Assembly: GCA_047602425.1 (NCBI GenBank)
Contig: JASGHG010000001.1
Location: 4,256,001 to 4,320,000, forward strand
Length of the DNA: 64,000 nt
Reading direction: 5' to 3'
DNA from: Nibricoccus sp.
GTDB taxonomy: Bacteria > Verrucomicrobiota > Verrucomicrobiia > Opitutales > Opitutaceae
Part shown: one piece after another, positions 36,129-46,407 of the stretch
Layout of the letters: each line of letters opens with the position of its first letter
How positions within the stretch are numbered: the first letter of the stretch is position 1
Notes under the pieces: model-generated
The model's input: the letters and a program-made list of their open reading frames with translations, nothing else
Told to the model about the DNA's origin: nothing
Databases searched by the model: none
Translations under genes and position numbers: made by a program

Positions 36129-38123
36129 TTAGAAAGAGAATTTAAGGGTGCTGGCAACGTAGTCGCGGTCGGCGATCAGATTGTAGCGGCCGGCGCCGAA
36201 AAAATTTACGTAACGGACTTCGAGCGCCCAGCTGTTTTGCCAGGAGAATTCGGCGACGAGGTTGATGGACTTGCGGCCGGAAACGAAATTGCCAAGCGGG
36301 AGCGGGGTGTTGCCCTTGACGTCGTGCACGAAGGCGATGGCGGGCGTGATGTTGATTCCGGCGAAGACGTTGTTGTACTCGAGGCGGGCGACGACCTGAT
36401 AGCCCCAAGAGAGTGGATCGGCAAAGGCGCTATAGGGCGTGGCGGGGAGCGGTGTGCTGCCGGCGGAGGTAGTGTTGTTCATCGCGACCTGGCTGCCGCT
36501 GGTGAAGGTGCCGGCGCCGTCGAAACGAAGCTCGTCCTTCGAGGGAAGCGAGGGAACGTAGATGCCGCCAATTTCACCGATCAGCGTGGATTGGTTGGCG
36601 CCCAGGAAATGGCCGAACGTGCGGGTGAGCGTGGTCTGTGCAGTCCAGACATCCTTGCGGCGGTAACCGGAAATCTCGGTGTCATATTGTCCGAGGTAGT
36701 TGCCGACTTGATTGGCATTGTTGGACTGGCCGAACCGGCTGCTAAGGGCAGAGAGGGTCGCGAAAAGGAGTTCGACATCGTCGATTTGCAGCGGCACGCC
36801 GCGCTTGTAGGAAACCTCGCCCTGCATCGCGATGCCGGTATTGCCAAGCGCGGTGTTAAAACTGACGCCGAGCATGCGGATGTTTTTGGGATATTCGACG
36901 AAGTAGCGACCGGTGGCGGCGGCATTAAGCAGACCGAGTTGCGAGGCGCCATTGGCGATCGTCACGGCGCCGGGGTAGAACGGAGCGTAAGGTGCAAGCC
37001 CGGCCGGAAGCGAAGACGCGGGTGTTCCGAGAAACGCCAGGCCGAGCAGCTGGGGCAAGACCGTGGCGACGGTGGCCGGTGGAACGCCGTTGGCGATCAT
37101 GGCTGGTGCGAGTTGCGCGGAAGCCAGGGCGGACGCCGTGGCCTGGACCTGAAGAACGTTGACCGGACCGGTCGGAGTTCTGGCGCTGATCACGGGAAGG
37201 CGGCTGTGATAATTGACAAAGTAGAAGCCAAAATCGGTGTTGCCGAGGGCAGGCACCGAAATGTGCACATCGGCGCCGAACTGGTTGTAATTGCCGGGTT
37301 CGCGATCGTAATCGCGCGGCACGGCGCCGAGCGGCGTGCGGTCGGAAAGGGCGCCGAAGCCAAGATAGACATTGGTTCCCCCGCGGGTCGCAAAATCGTT
37401 CGTGCTGAAATAGGTGCCGGCGGGATCGATCTCGGTGCGACGGAACTCGAGCAACCAGAACGCCTCAGCGGTGATATTGTCGCTCACGCTGAACGACGAT
37501 TTGAGCATGTTGACAGGCAGGAGCACCTCGCGGAGTTCGGCGCCGGGCACGCGGAGTTTCGCGGCGTCGACGGAATTCACGACGTTGATGCCGTTGGGAA
37601 TGAAGGTGCTTTCTCCGAGGTTGAGAACCTGGCGGCCAAAACGAAGATCGAGCGCGTGGCCGTTGACGTCGAATTTTCCACGCACGTAGAGATCGAGAAA
37701 ATCGCGATAGGTGCCGACGCGGTTGCGGGCGTCGTTCGAGAGCGGCGTGCGCTCGCGCGGGTCGTCCTGATTTTCCGCGTCGTAGAAATAGTAGCCGCTG
37801 GCGAGGGCGCCGAAGTTGCGATATTTCAACTCGAGCGTGTGCGTGGCCTTGGCGACGCGGGAAGCGAAACCGCGCTTGTAGTTGAGATTGCCGTCGTCGG
37901 CGTTGACGGAGTTTTGCTGACCGCCATTGGAGGTGCCGTAATAGGTCGGGTCGGGATCTTCGAGGCGATAAAGCCCGCCGACGGAAAGCGTGGTGTCGAA
38001 AGTGCCCTTAACTTCGCCAAGTTCGAGTGGCAGCGCGCTCGCGGCGACTGGCAGGAGAAGGAACGGAAGACTATGGATACAACGGAAGGTTCGGCTTGGT
38101 TTCTTCGACGGTTGGTTTTTCAT
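36129..38123 (-). CDS. DUF1302 outer-membrane protein
   Basis: FDTTLSVG, NADDGNLNY, GRQVLNLGESTFI, LRVPGAELRE, NYHSRLP and C-terminal DRDYVASTLKFSF. Confidence 0.93.
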   Translation of the reverse strand: MKNQPSKKPSRTFRCIHSLPFLLLPVAASALPLELGEVKGTFDTTLSVGGLYRLEDPDPTYYGTSNGGQQNSVNADDGNLNYKRGFASRVAKATHTLELKYRNFGALASGYYFYDAENQDDPRERTPLSNDARNRVGTYRDFLDLYVRGKFDVNGHALDLRFGRQVLNLGESTFIPNGINVVNSVDAAKLRVPGAELREVLLPVNMLKSSFSVSDNITAEAFWLLEFRRTEIDPAGTYFSTNDFATRGGTNVYLGFGALSDRTPLGAVPRDYDREPGNYNQFGADVHISVPALGNTDFGFYFVNYHSRLPVISARTPTGPVNVLQVQATASALASAQLAPAMIANGVPPATVATVLPQLLGLAFLGTPASSLPAGLAPYAPFYPGAVTIANGASQLGLLNAAATGRYFVEYPKNIRMLGVSFNTALGNTGIAMQGEVSYKRGVPLQIDDVELLFATLSALSSRFGQSNNANQVGNYLGQYDTEISGYRRKDVWTAQTTLTRTFGHFLGANQSTLIGEIGGIYVPSLPSKDELRFDGAGTFTSGSQVAMNNTTSAGSTPLPATPYSAFADPLSWGYQVVARLEYNNVFAGINITPAIAFVHDVKGNTPLPLGNFVSGRKSINLVAEFSWQNSWALEVRYVNFFGAGRYNLIADRDYVASTLKFSF

Positions 38124-38299
38124 GGAATGTCAGGTAAATGTAGTCCTGCCGCGCCAAGACTTGGCGAGGGGTTGTGGGGTAGGCAGGCTGAACGGAAAAG
38201 ATATTCAAAGCACGCTGTTTCAAGAGGGAATGCCAAGTATACGAAAATGTTATCGTGCTTTGACCTCCACGTAAAATTAGCGATTCTGCAGGTCCGACC

Positions 38300-41161
38300 A
38301 TGCAGGCTGAAACACACATTCATATCAAAGGCGCCCGCGAGCATAATTTGAAGAACCTCGAATTGCGCATTCCGCGGGGCAAACTGGTTGTTCTGACGGG
38401 GCCAAGTGGTTCGGGCAAATCGTCGCTGGCGTTCGACACGATTTACGCCGAGGGCTACCGAAAATACATGGAGTCGCTGAGCACGCAGGCGCGTCAGGTG
38501 CTCGAACAACTGAAGCGGCCGGACGTGGACTTCATCCACGGACTCTCGCCGGTGCTGGCCATCGAGCAGCGCACGGGCGGTAGCTCGCCGCGCAGCACGA
38601 TCGCGACGGTGACGGAGATTGCCGATTACGCACGGTTGTTGTGGGCGCTGGTCGGAGAACAAGTCTGCCCGAAGGACGGCGGACGGGTGGTGCAACGTTC
38701 GCTCGACGACAATATTCAACGCATCTTCACTGAGGCTCCAGGCGAACGGGTGATGCTGCTCGCGCCCTGCATGCGCGCCAAGCCGAGCGTGCTTCGTGAA
38801 GAATTGCCGCGACTGCGCCAGCGCGGGTTTCAACGCGTGAGACTCGACGGAGAAATCAAAAATCTCGACGATCCGCACCTTGTGCCGAGCGGCGCGAAGG
38901 AGATTGTGGTGGATCTGGTTGTGGATCGTCTTGTCGCAAATGCGGATCAACGCAGTCGCGTGGCCGATTCGCTTGAGCTGGCTTTTCGCGAAGGGCACGA
39001 CCGCGCGATCGTCCTTGCGCAAAAGTCAGCTGACGGGCCGTGGCGGGAAATTCTACTCAGCCAGCATCTCGCCTGTGAAGTCTGCGGCGACGTTTTCGAA
39101 AAACTCACCCCGCGGCATTTTTCGTTCAACCACTCGGAAGGCGCGTGCGGCACCTGCGGGGGCTTGGGGCGTAAGCTTAGGTTCGTGCCCGAGCTCGTCG
39201 TGCCCGATCCGGAGAAATCCGTGCGCGAGGGCGCGCTCAAGCCCTGGCGCATCGGCGGAAAAAATCTTATCATCAAGCACAACGCGATTCTCAAGCAGCT
39301 GGCCGAGCAACTGCCCTTTGATGCGGAAATCCCCTGGCGGAAATTGCCCGAAGGCACGCGACAGACATTGCTTTTTGGCGGGGGTGAACGGTTGTTTTCT
39401 TTCAAGCTGCGCCGGATGCGCGAACCGAAAGCGATGCCCTTTGCCGGAGTGATTCCGATGCTCGACGAAAGCTGGCGTGAGACGGACAGCGACGGATTTC
39501 GCGCGCGCCTGACGACGTTCATGGTGAGCGGCGAGTGTCCTGAGTGTCACGGCACCCGGCTCAACGCACGCAGCGGTGCGGTGCGCGTGGGAGGAAAGAC
39601 GTTGCCGGAATTCTTTGGGATGGATGTGAATTCGGCTGCAGAATTCGCGCGTGGCCAGGCCGCCGCGCTTTCGGCCAACGAAGCGGTGCGGGAAATCGTC
39701 GCGGGCATCGATCAGCGCATGAGATTTTTGTTGGAGACGGGACTTGGTTATTTAAATTTGGACCGCGACTATGGAACGCTCTCCGGCGGCGAGGCGCAAC
39801 GCGTGCGGCTGGCGACGCAACTCGGCATGGGCTTGATGGGCGTCATCTATGTGCTCGATGAACCGAGCATCGGTTTGCACCCGCACGACAATCAGAAGCT
39901 TCTCGAAACACTGCGCGAGCTCCGCGATCGCGGAAATACCGTGCTCGTGGTCGAGCACGATGAAGACACCATGCGCATTGCGGATGAAATCATTGAGCTC
40001 GGGCCGGAAGCGGGGGTTGAGGGCGGAAATATTTTGTTTCAAGGCACGCCCGCCCAATGCGCCGCGCAGCCGGCCAGTATTTCGCGCACCGGGCCCTTTC
40101 TCGCTCGAAAAATGTCGGTCGAGAAAGATGCGAAGACGAAAAAGCCCGATGACGCCTGGCTGACGGTTAGGGAAGCCAGCGAGCACAACCTGCGCGGTGT
40201 CGACGCACGTTTTCCGATCGGCCTGCTCACTTGCGTCACGGGCGTTTCCGGCTCGGGTAAGAGCACGCTCGTCAATGACGTGCTCGCCGCGGCCGCCGCG
40301 CGAAAACTTAACGGAGCCAAAACCATTCCGGGCAAGCACCGCCACATTGAGAATCTCGATTTCTTCGAGAAGCTCGTGCAGGTGGATCAGGAGCCGATCG
40401 GTCGCAGCCCCAGGTCGAACCCAGCGACGTATACAAAAATGCTCGACTTGTTGCGCGATCTTTTTGCGCAGGTGCCGCTTGCCAAGGTGCGGGGCTACAA
40501 GGCCAGCCGTTTTTCCTTCAATATTCGCGGCGGCCGCTGCGAACGCTGCCAAGGCGACGGCGTGATCAAACTCGACATGCAATTCATGGCCGATGCCTAC
40601 GCGCCGTGCCCGAGTTGCGGCGGGAGGCGTTTTAATCGCGAGACGTTGGAAATTCTTTTTCACGGGAAGTCCATTGCCGATGTGCTCGACATGACGGTGC
40701 GGGAAGCGATGAAACTTTTCCGGAACATTCCGCGCGTGATGGACAAATTGGAAACGCTCAACGCTGTCGGCCTCGGCTATCTGACGCTCGGTCAATCGGC
40801 GACGACGTTGTCGGGCGGAGAAGCGCAACGCATCAAACTTTCGCTCGAGCTCAGCAAACGACAGCAAGGCGACACGCTCTATATTCTCGACGAGCCGACG
40901 ACCGGACTGCACTGGACCGATATCCAGAATCTCATGGATCTGCTCTTTAAGCTGCGCGATGCCGGCAACACCATCATTGTCATCGAACACAACCTCGACG
41001 TGATCAACCTGGCCGATTGGATCATTGATCTTGGTCCGGGCGGCGGAACGGCCGGAGGCGATATCGTATTTGCGGGCTCTCGGGACGAATTGCTTCGAAC
41101 CGAAACCTCGCTTACCGGCAGAGCCCTGAAACGATGGAGCGAGCAGGGTGGGGCGGTTTAG
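38300..41161 (+). CDS. uvrA: Excinuclease ABC subunit A
   Basis: GAREHNLKN, two Walker A motifs ([18 protein letters not shown]), two LSGGEAQR motifs, DEPSIGLH / DEPTTGLH and zinc fingers. Confidence 0.97.
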   Translation: MQAETHIHIKGAREHNLKNLELRIPRGKLVVLTGPSGSGKSSLAFDTIYAEGYRKYMESLSTQARQVLEQLKRPDVDFIHGLSPVLAIEQRTGGSSPRSTIATVTEIADYARLLWALVGEQVCPKDGGRVVQRSLDDNIQRIFTEAPGERVMLLAPCMRAKPSVLREELPRLRQRGFQRVRLDGEIKNLDDPHLVPSGAKEIVVDLVVDRLVANADQRSRVADSLELAFREGHDRAIVLAQKSADGPWREILLSQHLACEVCGDVFEKLTPRHFSFNHSEGACGTCGGLGRKLRFVPELVVPDPEKSVREGALKPWRIGGKNLIIKHNAILKQLAEQLPFDAEIPWRKLPEGTRQTLLFGGGERLFSFKLRRMREPKAMPFAGVIPMLDESWRETDSDGFRARLTTFMVSGECPECHGTRLNARSGAVRVGGKTLPEFFGMDVNSAAEFARGQAAALSANEAVREIVAGIDQRMRFLLETGLGYLNLDRDYGTLSGGEAQRVRLATQLGMGLMGVIYVLDEPSIGLHPHDNQKLLETLRELRDRGNTVLVVEHDEDTMRIADEIIELGPEAGVEGGNILFQGTPAQCAAQPASISRTGPFLARKMSVEKDAKTKKPDDAWLTVREASEHNLRGVDARFPIGLLTCVTGVSGSGKSTLVNDVLAAAAARKLNGAKTIPGKHRHIENLDFFEKLVQVDQEPIGRSPRSNPATYTKMLDLLRDLFAQVPLAKVRGYKASRFSFNIRGGRCERCQGDGVIKLDMQFMADAYAPCPSCGGRRFNRETLEILFHGKSIADVLDMTVREAMKLFRNIPRVMDKLETLNAVGLGYLTLGQSATTLSGGEAQRIKLSLELSKRQQGDTLYILDEPTTGLHWTDIQNLMDLLFKLRDAGNTIIVIEHNLDVINLADWIIDLGPGGGTAGGDIVFAGSRDELLRTETSLTGRALKRWSEQGGAV

Positions 41162-41282
41162 GCAGGGTTATTTTTGCCCGCAGTAGGAAAACTGAACGAC
41201 GTGTGAAGCCCGTCTCATAGCAGTGTTTGGCGGTTTCTTTTGTCTCAAGAATTATACCCGGCGGTTCGATGGCGATAATTGC

Positions 41283-41567
41283 GTGGACAATCACCCCTTC
41301 AATTCAGCGCACTCGGATATACCTTGGGAAATTTCGGCGGTCTCGCACGAACTTATGACTCAGCAATGGTGCGAGTTACACCGTTTGATTGAAGAGCTCA
41401 GCGCGGTGCAGGCTCGCTTGGGCACTCCGCTGGAAAACAGCAACGACTACGACCTCGTACGCGATCTCGGCCACAAGATCCGCAACAAGCTGCACCTTAT
41501 GCAGCTTTGGGCGGAAATGGGCATGGTCAGTCGCGACGAAATTTTGGTTGAAATGTCGGCGGGTTGA
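41283..41567 (+). CDS. Small hypothetical helical protein with an H-box-like segment
   Basis: Amphipathic helices and VRDLGHKIRNKLHLMQLW. GTG start uncertain. Confidence 0.5.
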   Translation: MDNHPFNSAHSDIPWEISAVSHELMTQQWCELHRLIEELSAVQARLGTPLENSNDYDLVRDLGHKIRNKLHLMQLWAEMGMVSRDEILVEMSAG

Positions 41568-41690
41568 GTCCAAATAAGATCGTATAAGTTAGTTAATATT
41601 AGCATCAAGCGTCACTAGTTTAGTAAGTACGTCAAAAAACAAAGTAATGCTTGCGCGGTGGCTCGGACTGCACATGTTTTCTGCATTCTC

Positions 41691-43469
41691 ATGAGCACCG
41701 AATCCGCACCTGCGGCCACACCGAAGCCCCTCAGCGCCAACGAAGGCATCAAAGCTGCCTCCAATTTCCTTCGCGGAACGATCGCGCAGGAGCTCGCAGA
41801 TACGTCGACCGGCGCGATCAACGAGGAAAATAGCCAGCTCACCAAATTTCACGGCCTTTATTTGCAGGACGACCGCGATCTTCGCAAGGAGCGCACGAAG
41901 TTGAAGCAGGAGAAAGCCTACGGTTTTATGCTGCGCGTGCGTCTGCCCGGCGGCGTGTGCTCGCCGCAGCAATGGCTCATGCTCGACGACATCGCCGACA
42001 AGCTCGCCAACCACTCGCTGCGCCTAACCACGCGTCAAACCTTCCAGTTTCACGGCGTGCTCAAGGGCAATCTTCGTCCGCTGATCAAGAATCTCAACAA
42101 GGTGCTTCTCGATTCGATCGCGGCTTGCGGCGACGTTAATCGTAACGTCATGGCGGCGCTCAATCCTGAACGCAGTCCCGTTCATCAACAAATTTACGGC
42201 CACGCCCGCGCCTGGAGCGAATACGCGCTCCCGCACACGCGCGCTTATCACGAAATCTGGATCGATGATCAGCTTGTCGCCGGTGGCGAACCCGACGAAG
42301 AGCCTCTCTACGGCCCGACCTACCTGCCGCGCAAATTCAAGACCGGCTTCGCGCTTCCGCCGTCAAACGACATTGATGTTTTTTCGCAGGATCTGGGCTT
42401 CATCGCCATCGTCGAAAATAACCAACTCGTCGGCTACAATGTCGTGGTCGGCGGCGGCCAGGGTATGAGCCATGGCAACGCCGAAACGTATCCCCGCCTC
42501 GCCGATCTTCTCGGTTTCGTCACGCCCGACCAGGTTATTGCCGTTGGCACGGCGGTGATGACCACGCAGCGCGACTACGGTGACCGCGTGAATCGCAAGC
42601 ATGCGCGCCTCAAGTACACCATCGACGATCGCGGTCTGCCTTGGTTCAAGGCGGAGGTGGAGAAACGCGCCGGCTTCGCTCTTGGCGCAATCCGCCGGTT
42701 CGAGTTCACCACGATCCAGGACCCGCACGGCTGGCATCGCGGCGTGGATGGCACGTCGTATTACGGACTGCATATTCTCAGCGGCCGCATCAAAGACATT
42801 CCTGGCTGGAAAATGAAGACCGCGCTTCGCGAAATCGCGAAGGTTCACACGGGCGATTTTCGTCTCACCGCTTCGCAGAACGTGATCATCGCCGGCGTCA
42901 CCGACGTCCAGAAGCCGTTGATTGACGCCATCCTCGCGCGCCACGGTTTAACCGACGAAAACAAACAAAGCGGCATGCGCCTCAATGCGCTATCCTGCGT
43001 TGCTCTTCCGACCTGCGGTCTCGCGCTCGCCGAGAGCGAACGCATGCTGCCCGATCTGCTCGAACGCTACGAAACGATCCTCGACGAAGCCGGCCTGCGG
43101 CACGACGCGATCAGCCTTCGTGTTACGGGCTGCCCCAACGGCTGCGCCCGGCCCTACCTCGCCGAAATCGGCTACGTCGGCAAGGCCCCTGGCAAGTACG
43201 CCCTGTATTTGGGCGCCAAATACAACGGCACACGTTTAAACAAGCTCTACCGCCAGTCGGTCACCATCGACGAAAGCCTCGCGCTGCTCGGCCCGATCAT
43301 CAAGCGCTACGCCCTGGAGCGCGGGACCGGTGAGGAATTTGGCGACTTCTGCGTCCGCACCGTGCTGGCGGAAGAAGCGGCGGCTGCAGCAGCTGCCGCG
43401 GTCGCCGCACAGGCTGCCGCCGCCTCCACGCCAGCTCCAACCACGCCCATTGCTGCACCGGCTGCGTGA
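41691..43469 (+). CDS. cysI: Assimilatory sulfite reductase hemoprotein subunit
   Basis: KFHGLYLQDDRD, RLTTRQTFQFHG, ACGDVNRN, YLPRKFK, CVALPTCGLALAESER and TGCPNGCARP. Confidence 0.95.
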   Translation: MSTESAPAATPKPLSANEGIKAASNFLRGTIAQELADTSTGAINEENSQLTKFHGLYLQDDRDLRKERTKLKQEKAYGFMLRVRLPGGVCSPQQWLMLDDIADKLANHSLRLTTRQTFQFHGVLKGNLRPLIKNLNKVLLDSIAACGDVNRNVMAALNPERSPVHQQIYGHARAWSEYALPHTRAYHEIWIDDQLVAGGEPDEEPLYGPTYLPRKFKTGFALPPSNDIDVFSQDLGFIAIVENNQLVGYNVVVGGGQGMSHGNAETYPRLADLLGFVTPDQVIAVGTAVMTTQRDYGDRVNRKHARLKYTIDDRGLPWFKAEVEKRAGFALGAIRRFEFTTIQDPHGWHRGVDGTSYYGLHILSGRIKDIPGWKMKTALREIAKVHTGDFRLTASQNVIIAGVTDVQKPLIDAILARHGLTDENKQSGMRLNALSCVALPTCGLALAESERMLPDLLERYETILDEAGLRHDAISLRVTGCPNGCARPYLAEIGYVGKAPGKYALYLGAKYNGTRLNKLYRQSVTIDESLALLGPIIKRYALERGTGEEFGDFCVRTVLAEEAAAAAAAAVAAQAAAASTPAPTTPIAAPAA

Positions 43470-43615
43470 TCTCCATATAAAGGCTGTTTGAGTCGAAAAC
43501 GTCACAGGACAAAGTAACCTATTGGGTTACTTTGTCCTTTTTTATTGGATCGGTCGCTAGGCCGCCGGGGAAGGCTGTTTCACTGGGGATAGCCGGAATT
43601 AGCGGAAAGTGCGAC

Positions 43616-46384
43616 TCAGGATGAGCGGACGCGGGCAGCTTCTTCATCGCTGGTAGGTATGATTTTTTTGTCGCGACGTATCTCCAATTGTTCACGAAGC
43701 GCTTTAGCTTTTTCCAAGCCGCACACTTCGGCTTGGTTGGCGAAGAGAATTGCTTCATCAAGGCTTGGAGCGCCCTGAACGTTGTCGCAGGTTGCCTTGG
43801 CGAGGAAGTAGAGCGCCTCGAAATGGTTTTGCTCAGCCGCCTTGCGCATGAATTTAAGCGCCTTGTCTTGATCCAATTCAATGTTTGAGCCGGTAAAATA
43901 GAGTTCTCCGAGGGCAAAACATGCGTTGGCGGAGTAGTTGGCGGCTTGCTTGAGCACGCTGATGCCATCCTGGATTTTGCCCAGCTTGATCAGTTGTAAT
44001 CCTTGGCGGGCGAGCGCATCGCCATCGTTGTTCTCCAATGCTCGTTCGAAATAACGTTTGGAGCGCGAGAGGTTGATCTTCACACCCAAGCCCTGTTCGT
44101 AGCAGCGGCTGAATCGTTCGCAGGCAAAACCGATTTGGGCCGGGCGGCCGTTTTCTTCGAGCAGGTTCAGGATTTTCAACATGTTTGGATAGTCCTTTTT
44201 CTGCATCATGATGTCGGCGATCGAAGTGAGTGCGTCGAGGTCGCCAAGCCGAGCCAGTCGATCCAGCCAAAACATGGCTCGATCAAAATCGACCGATCCC
44301 ATGCGCCCGCAGATGTACAATTGGATCAATTTCTTAAGTGCGTCGAGATGGCCGTCGAGAGCGGCCAACCGATAGTGGTATGCAGCTTCTGAATACGTGA
44401 TAGGCACGCCGCAGCCCAGCTCATGTATTTTCCCCAGGATGAAATGCGCATCGGGCAGGCCCCATTCGGCCGCTTGCTCAAAATATCGGTATGCTTTTTG
44501 CCAATCCTGGTCGATCAGCCAGCCTTCGGCATAGATCATACCGAGGTTTCTTGCGGCGATGGAATCCTTTTGCTGAACGGCGGCTTCGTAATGTTGAAAC
44601 ATTTGCGCAAGGTCATGTCGGGCGTTGCCATTGCTTGTATCCCGGGCACGCGCTTCATAGATGACCGCAATATTGTTGTTGGCTTGAACGTTGGTAGGAT
44701 CGATTGCGAGTGACTGTTCGAAAAACGGCAGAGCGGCATCGGCGCCCGGACCGGTATTTTGTCCCTTTGTCAGGAGTGTGGCATAGTTGGCCATCGATTC
44801 CGCGTCACCCGCCTCGCTGCCTTTTTTGAAGCAGGCGTAAGCGTTTGCCACTGCTTCGGTACCGCTTTCTTCAAACGCTGTCGGTAAGGAGGCGTGCAAG
44901 GTGCCCAATGCACCCAAGGAAGGGCCATGTCCTTTATCGGCGGCTTTTTTGAACCAGCGTATGGCGGCTTTTATATCAGGAGTGCCATCCCACGCATCGC
45001 GGTAGCGAGTGCCCAGGAAGTATTGGGCTTGGGGGTCTTTTTGGTCCTTGGCCCATGTTTCGAGCAATTCGCGATAATGCTGGGGAGTGAGAATGGTTTT
45101 AGGGCATTCGCCTCTGGATCCCAAGTAGCAGATAAATTCCTTTTTTTTGAATTTATTGAAAAGTGCCGCTGCGGCTTCTGAATCGCGGGTGGTGCCGATT
45201 CCGTTGAAATAGCAGATTGCCAGGTTGGCTAGACCTAGAAAATGTTTCGGCGTTTCGCCGCCACCGGCCTTTTTGAACGAGAGAAACGACCGCGCAAAAT
45301 CCTGCTTTCCGAGTTCATTTCCCGCGTGAAGGCAGCCGAGTTTGATCATAGCCGCGACATTGCCACTTTCGGATGCGAGCTCATACCACTTCACGGCTTC
45401 GGCCGGGTTGTAGTCCTTTGAGTTTTTCTTGGCAAAGCTGTCGGCGATTTCGACCTGCATGGAGGTTTGAAATTTTTCGCCGGCGGTGGAAAGCATTTCT
45501 TCCATTTCGCCTGTGGCAAAATCGTCGACGATTTTCAGGTTGGTGTAGTTATAGACGCGGCGCATGCCCGCGCTGATGGTGAGCCGCCGGCTGATCGCGA
45601 GCATTTCGTTGGCCTTGGCCATATCGCGGGCAGTTCCCTGTCCGAAGGCATAGTTAAGGGCGGCCTGCACAGCGGCTGGATAGATGCCGGAACGCCCGTC
45701 GATGCCCGCAGTGGCGGCGACGACGAAGTATTTATGCGCTTGGTCAGTCTTTTTGTCTGCAGAAGTAATCAGTCCGAGAAGGTAATTCGCGGACGCTTTG
45801 CAGTCGCTCACGGGGTCGCGCTCGATGGCGCCGGCAACCGAACTGGTATTGTTTTGTTTTTCAGCAAGGGCGGCGAAGTACTCAGGCGGTGGAATTGGCC
45901 GTGTGAAGTCGGCTTTTTCAGTGAGAGCGCGATTCAACCATTCTGCGGCTTTCTCGCGGTTTTTGCGAACGCCGGTGCCGGTGTAGTAACACTGGCCGAG
46001 ACTGACCTGCGCATAGGCGTTGCCTCGTTCGGCTGCGAGTCGGTAAAGACTGGCGGCTTTGCGGTGATCCTTGGTGAAACCGTACTGGCCGGTGATCAGA
46101 CACTCGGCCAGAAGCGTCTGGGCATGGGTGAACTCTAAATCGGCGGCTTCCTGAAGACGACTGCGGCCGGTGGCTTCATCCTTTTTATTGTTGAGCAGCG
46201 TAATGGCCTGCCAGAATTTTTCGGCCGCGACGTCTTTATTGGCGGAGGCGGATGGATTGGGTTGGGACGAATCGAGAAGATTGGCGGTCGTGCTTGTATC
46301 GGTTTTGGCCGGCGAGTGTTGTGTCGGAAAAAGCAGGACCGCGGCAAGGAGTGCCTGGGTAAAACGACGGGGTAATTGATGCAT
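43616..46384 (-). CDS. Large secreted Sel1-like repeat protein (paralogue 2)
   Basis: Signal peptide and many SLR repeats (AQVSLGQCYYTGTGVRKNREKAAEW...). Collinear with 46408-49308. Start is 46384 or 46399. Confidence 0.88.
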   Translation of the reverse strand: MHQLPRRFTQALLAAVLLFPTQHSPAKTDTSTTANLLDSSQPNPSASANKDVAAEKFWQAITLLNNKKDEATGRSRLQEAADLEFTHAQTLLAECLITGQYGFTKDHRKAASLYRLAAERGNAYAQVSLGQCYYTGTGVRKNREKAAEWLNRALTEKADFTRPIPPPEYFAALAEKQNNTSSVAGAIERDPVSDCKASANYLLGLITSADKKTDQAHKYFVVAATAGIDGRSGIYPAAVQAALNYAFGQGTARDMAKANEMLAISRRLTISAGMRRVYNYTNLKIVDDFATGEMEEMLSTAGEKFQTSMQVEIADSFAKKNSKDYNPAEAVKWYELASESGNVAAMIKLGCLHAGNELGKQDFARSFLSFKKAGGGETPKHFLGLANLAICYFNGIGTTRDSEAAAALFNKFKKKEFICYLGSRGECPKTILTPQHYRELLETWAKDQKDPQAQYFLGTRYRDAWDGTPDIKAAIRWFKKAADKGHGPSLGALGTLHASLPTAFEESGTEAVANAYACFKKGSEAGDAESMANYATLLTKGQNTGPGADAALPFFEQSLAIDPTNVQANNNIAVIYEARARDTSNGNARHDLAQMFQHYEAAVQQKDSIAARNLGMIYAEGWLIDQDWQKAYRYFEQAAEWGLPDAHFILGKIHELGCGVPITYSEAAYHYRLAALDGHLDALKKLIQLYICGRMGSVDFDRAMFWLDRLARLGDLDALTSIADIMMQKKDYPNMLKILNLLEENGRPAQIGFACERFSRCYEQGLGVKINLSRSKRYFERALENNDGDALARQGLQLIKLGKIQDGISVLKQAANYSANACFALGELYFTGSNIELDQDKALKFMRKAAEQNHFEALYFLAKATCDNVQGAPSLDEAILFANQAEVCGLEKAKALREQLEIRRDKKIIPTSDEEAARVRSS

Positions 46385-46407
46385 GGGTTGGAAATACAAT
46401 ATCTGAC

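Noticed and set aside
38217..38237. Sigma-54 promoter for the DUF1302 operon (minus strand TGGCATTCCCTCTTGA)
   Set aside because: Spacing is one base too long and the -12 GC is missing.
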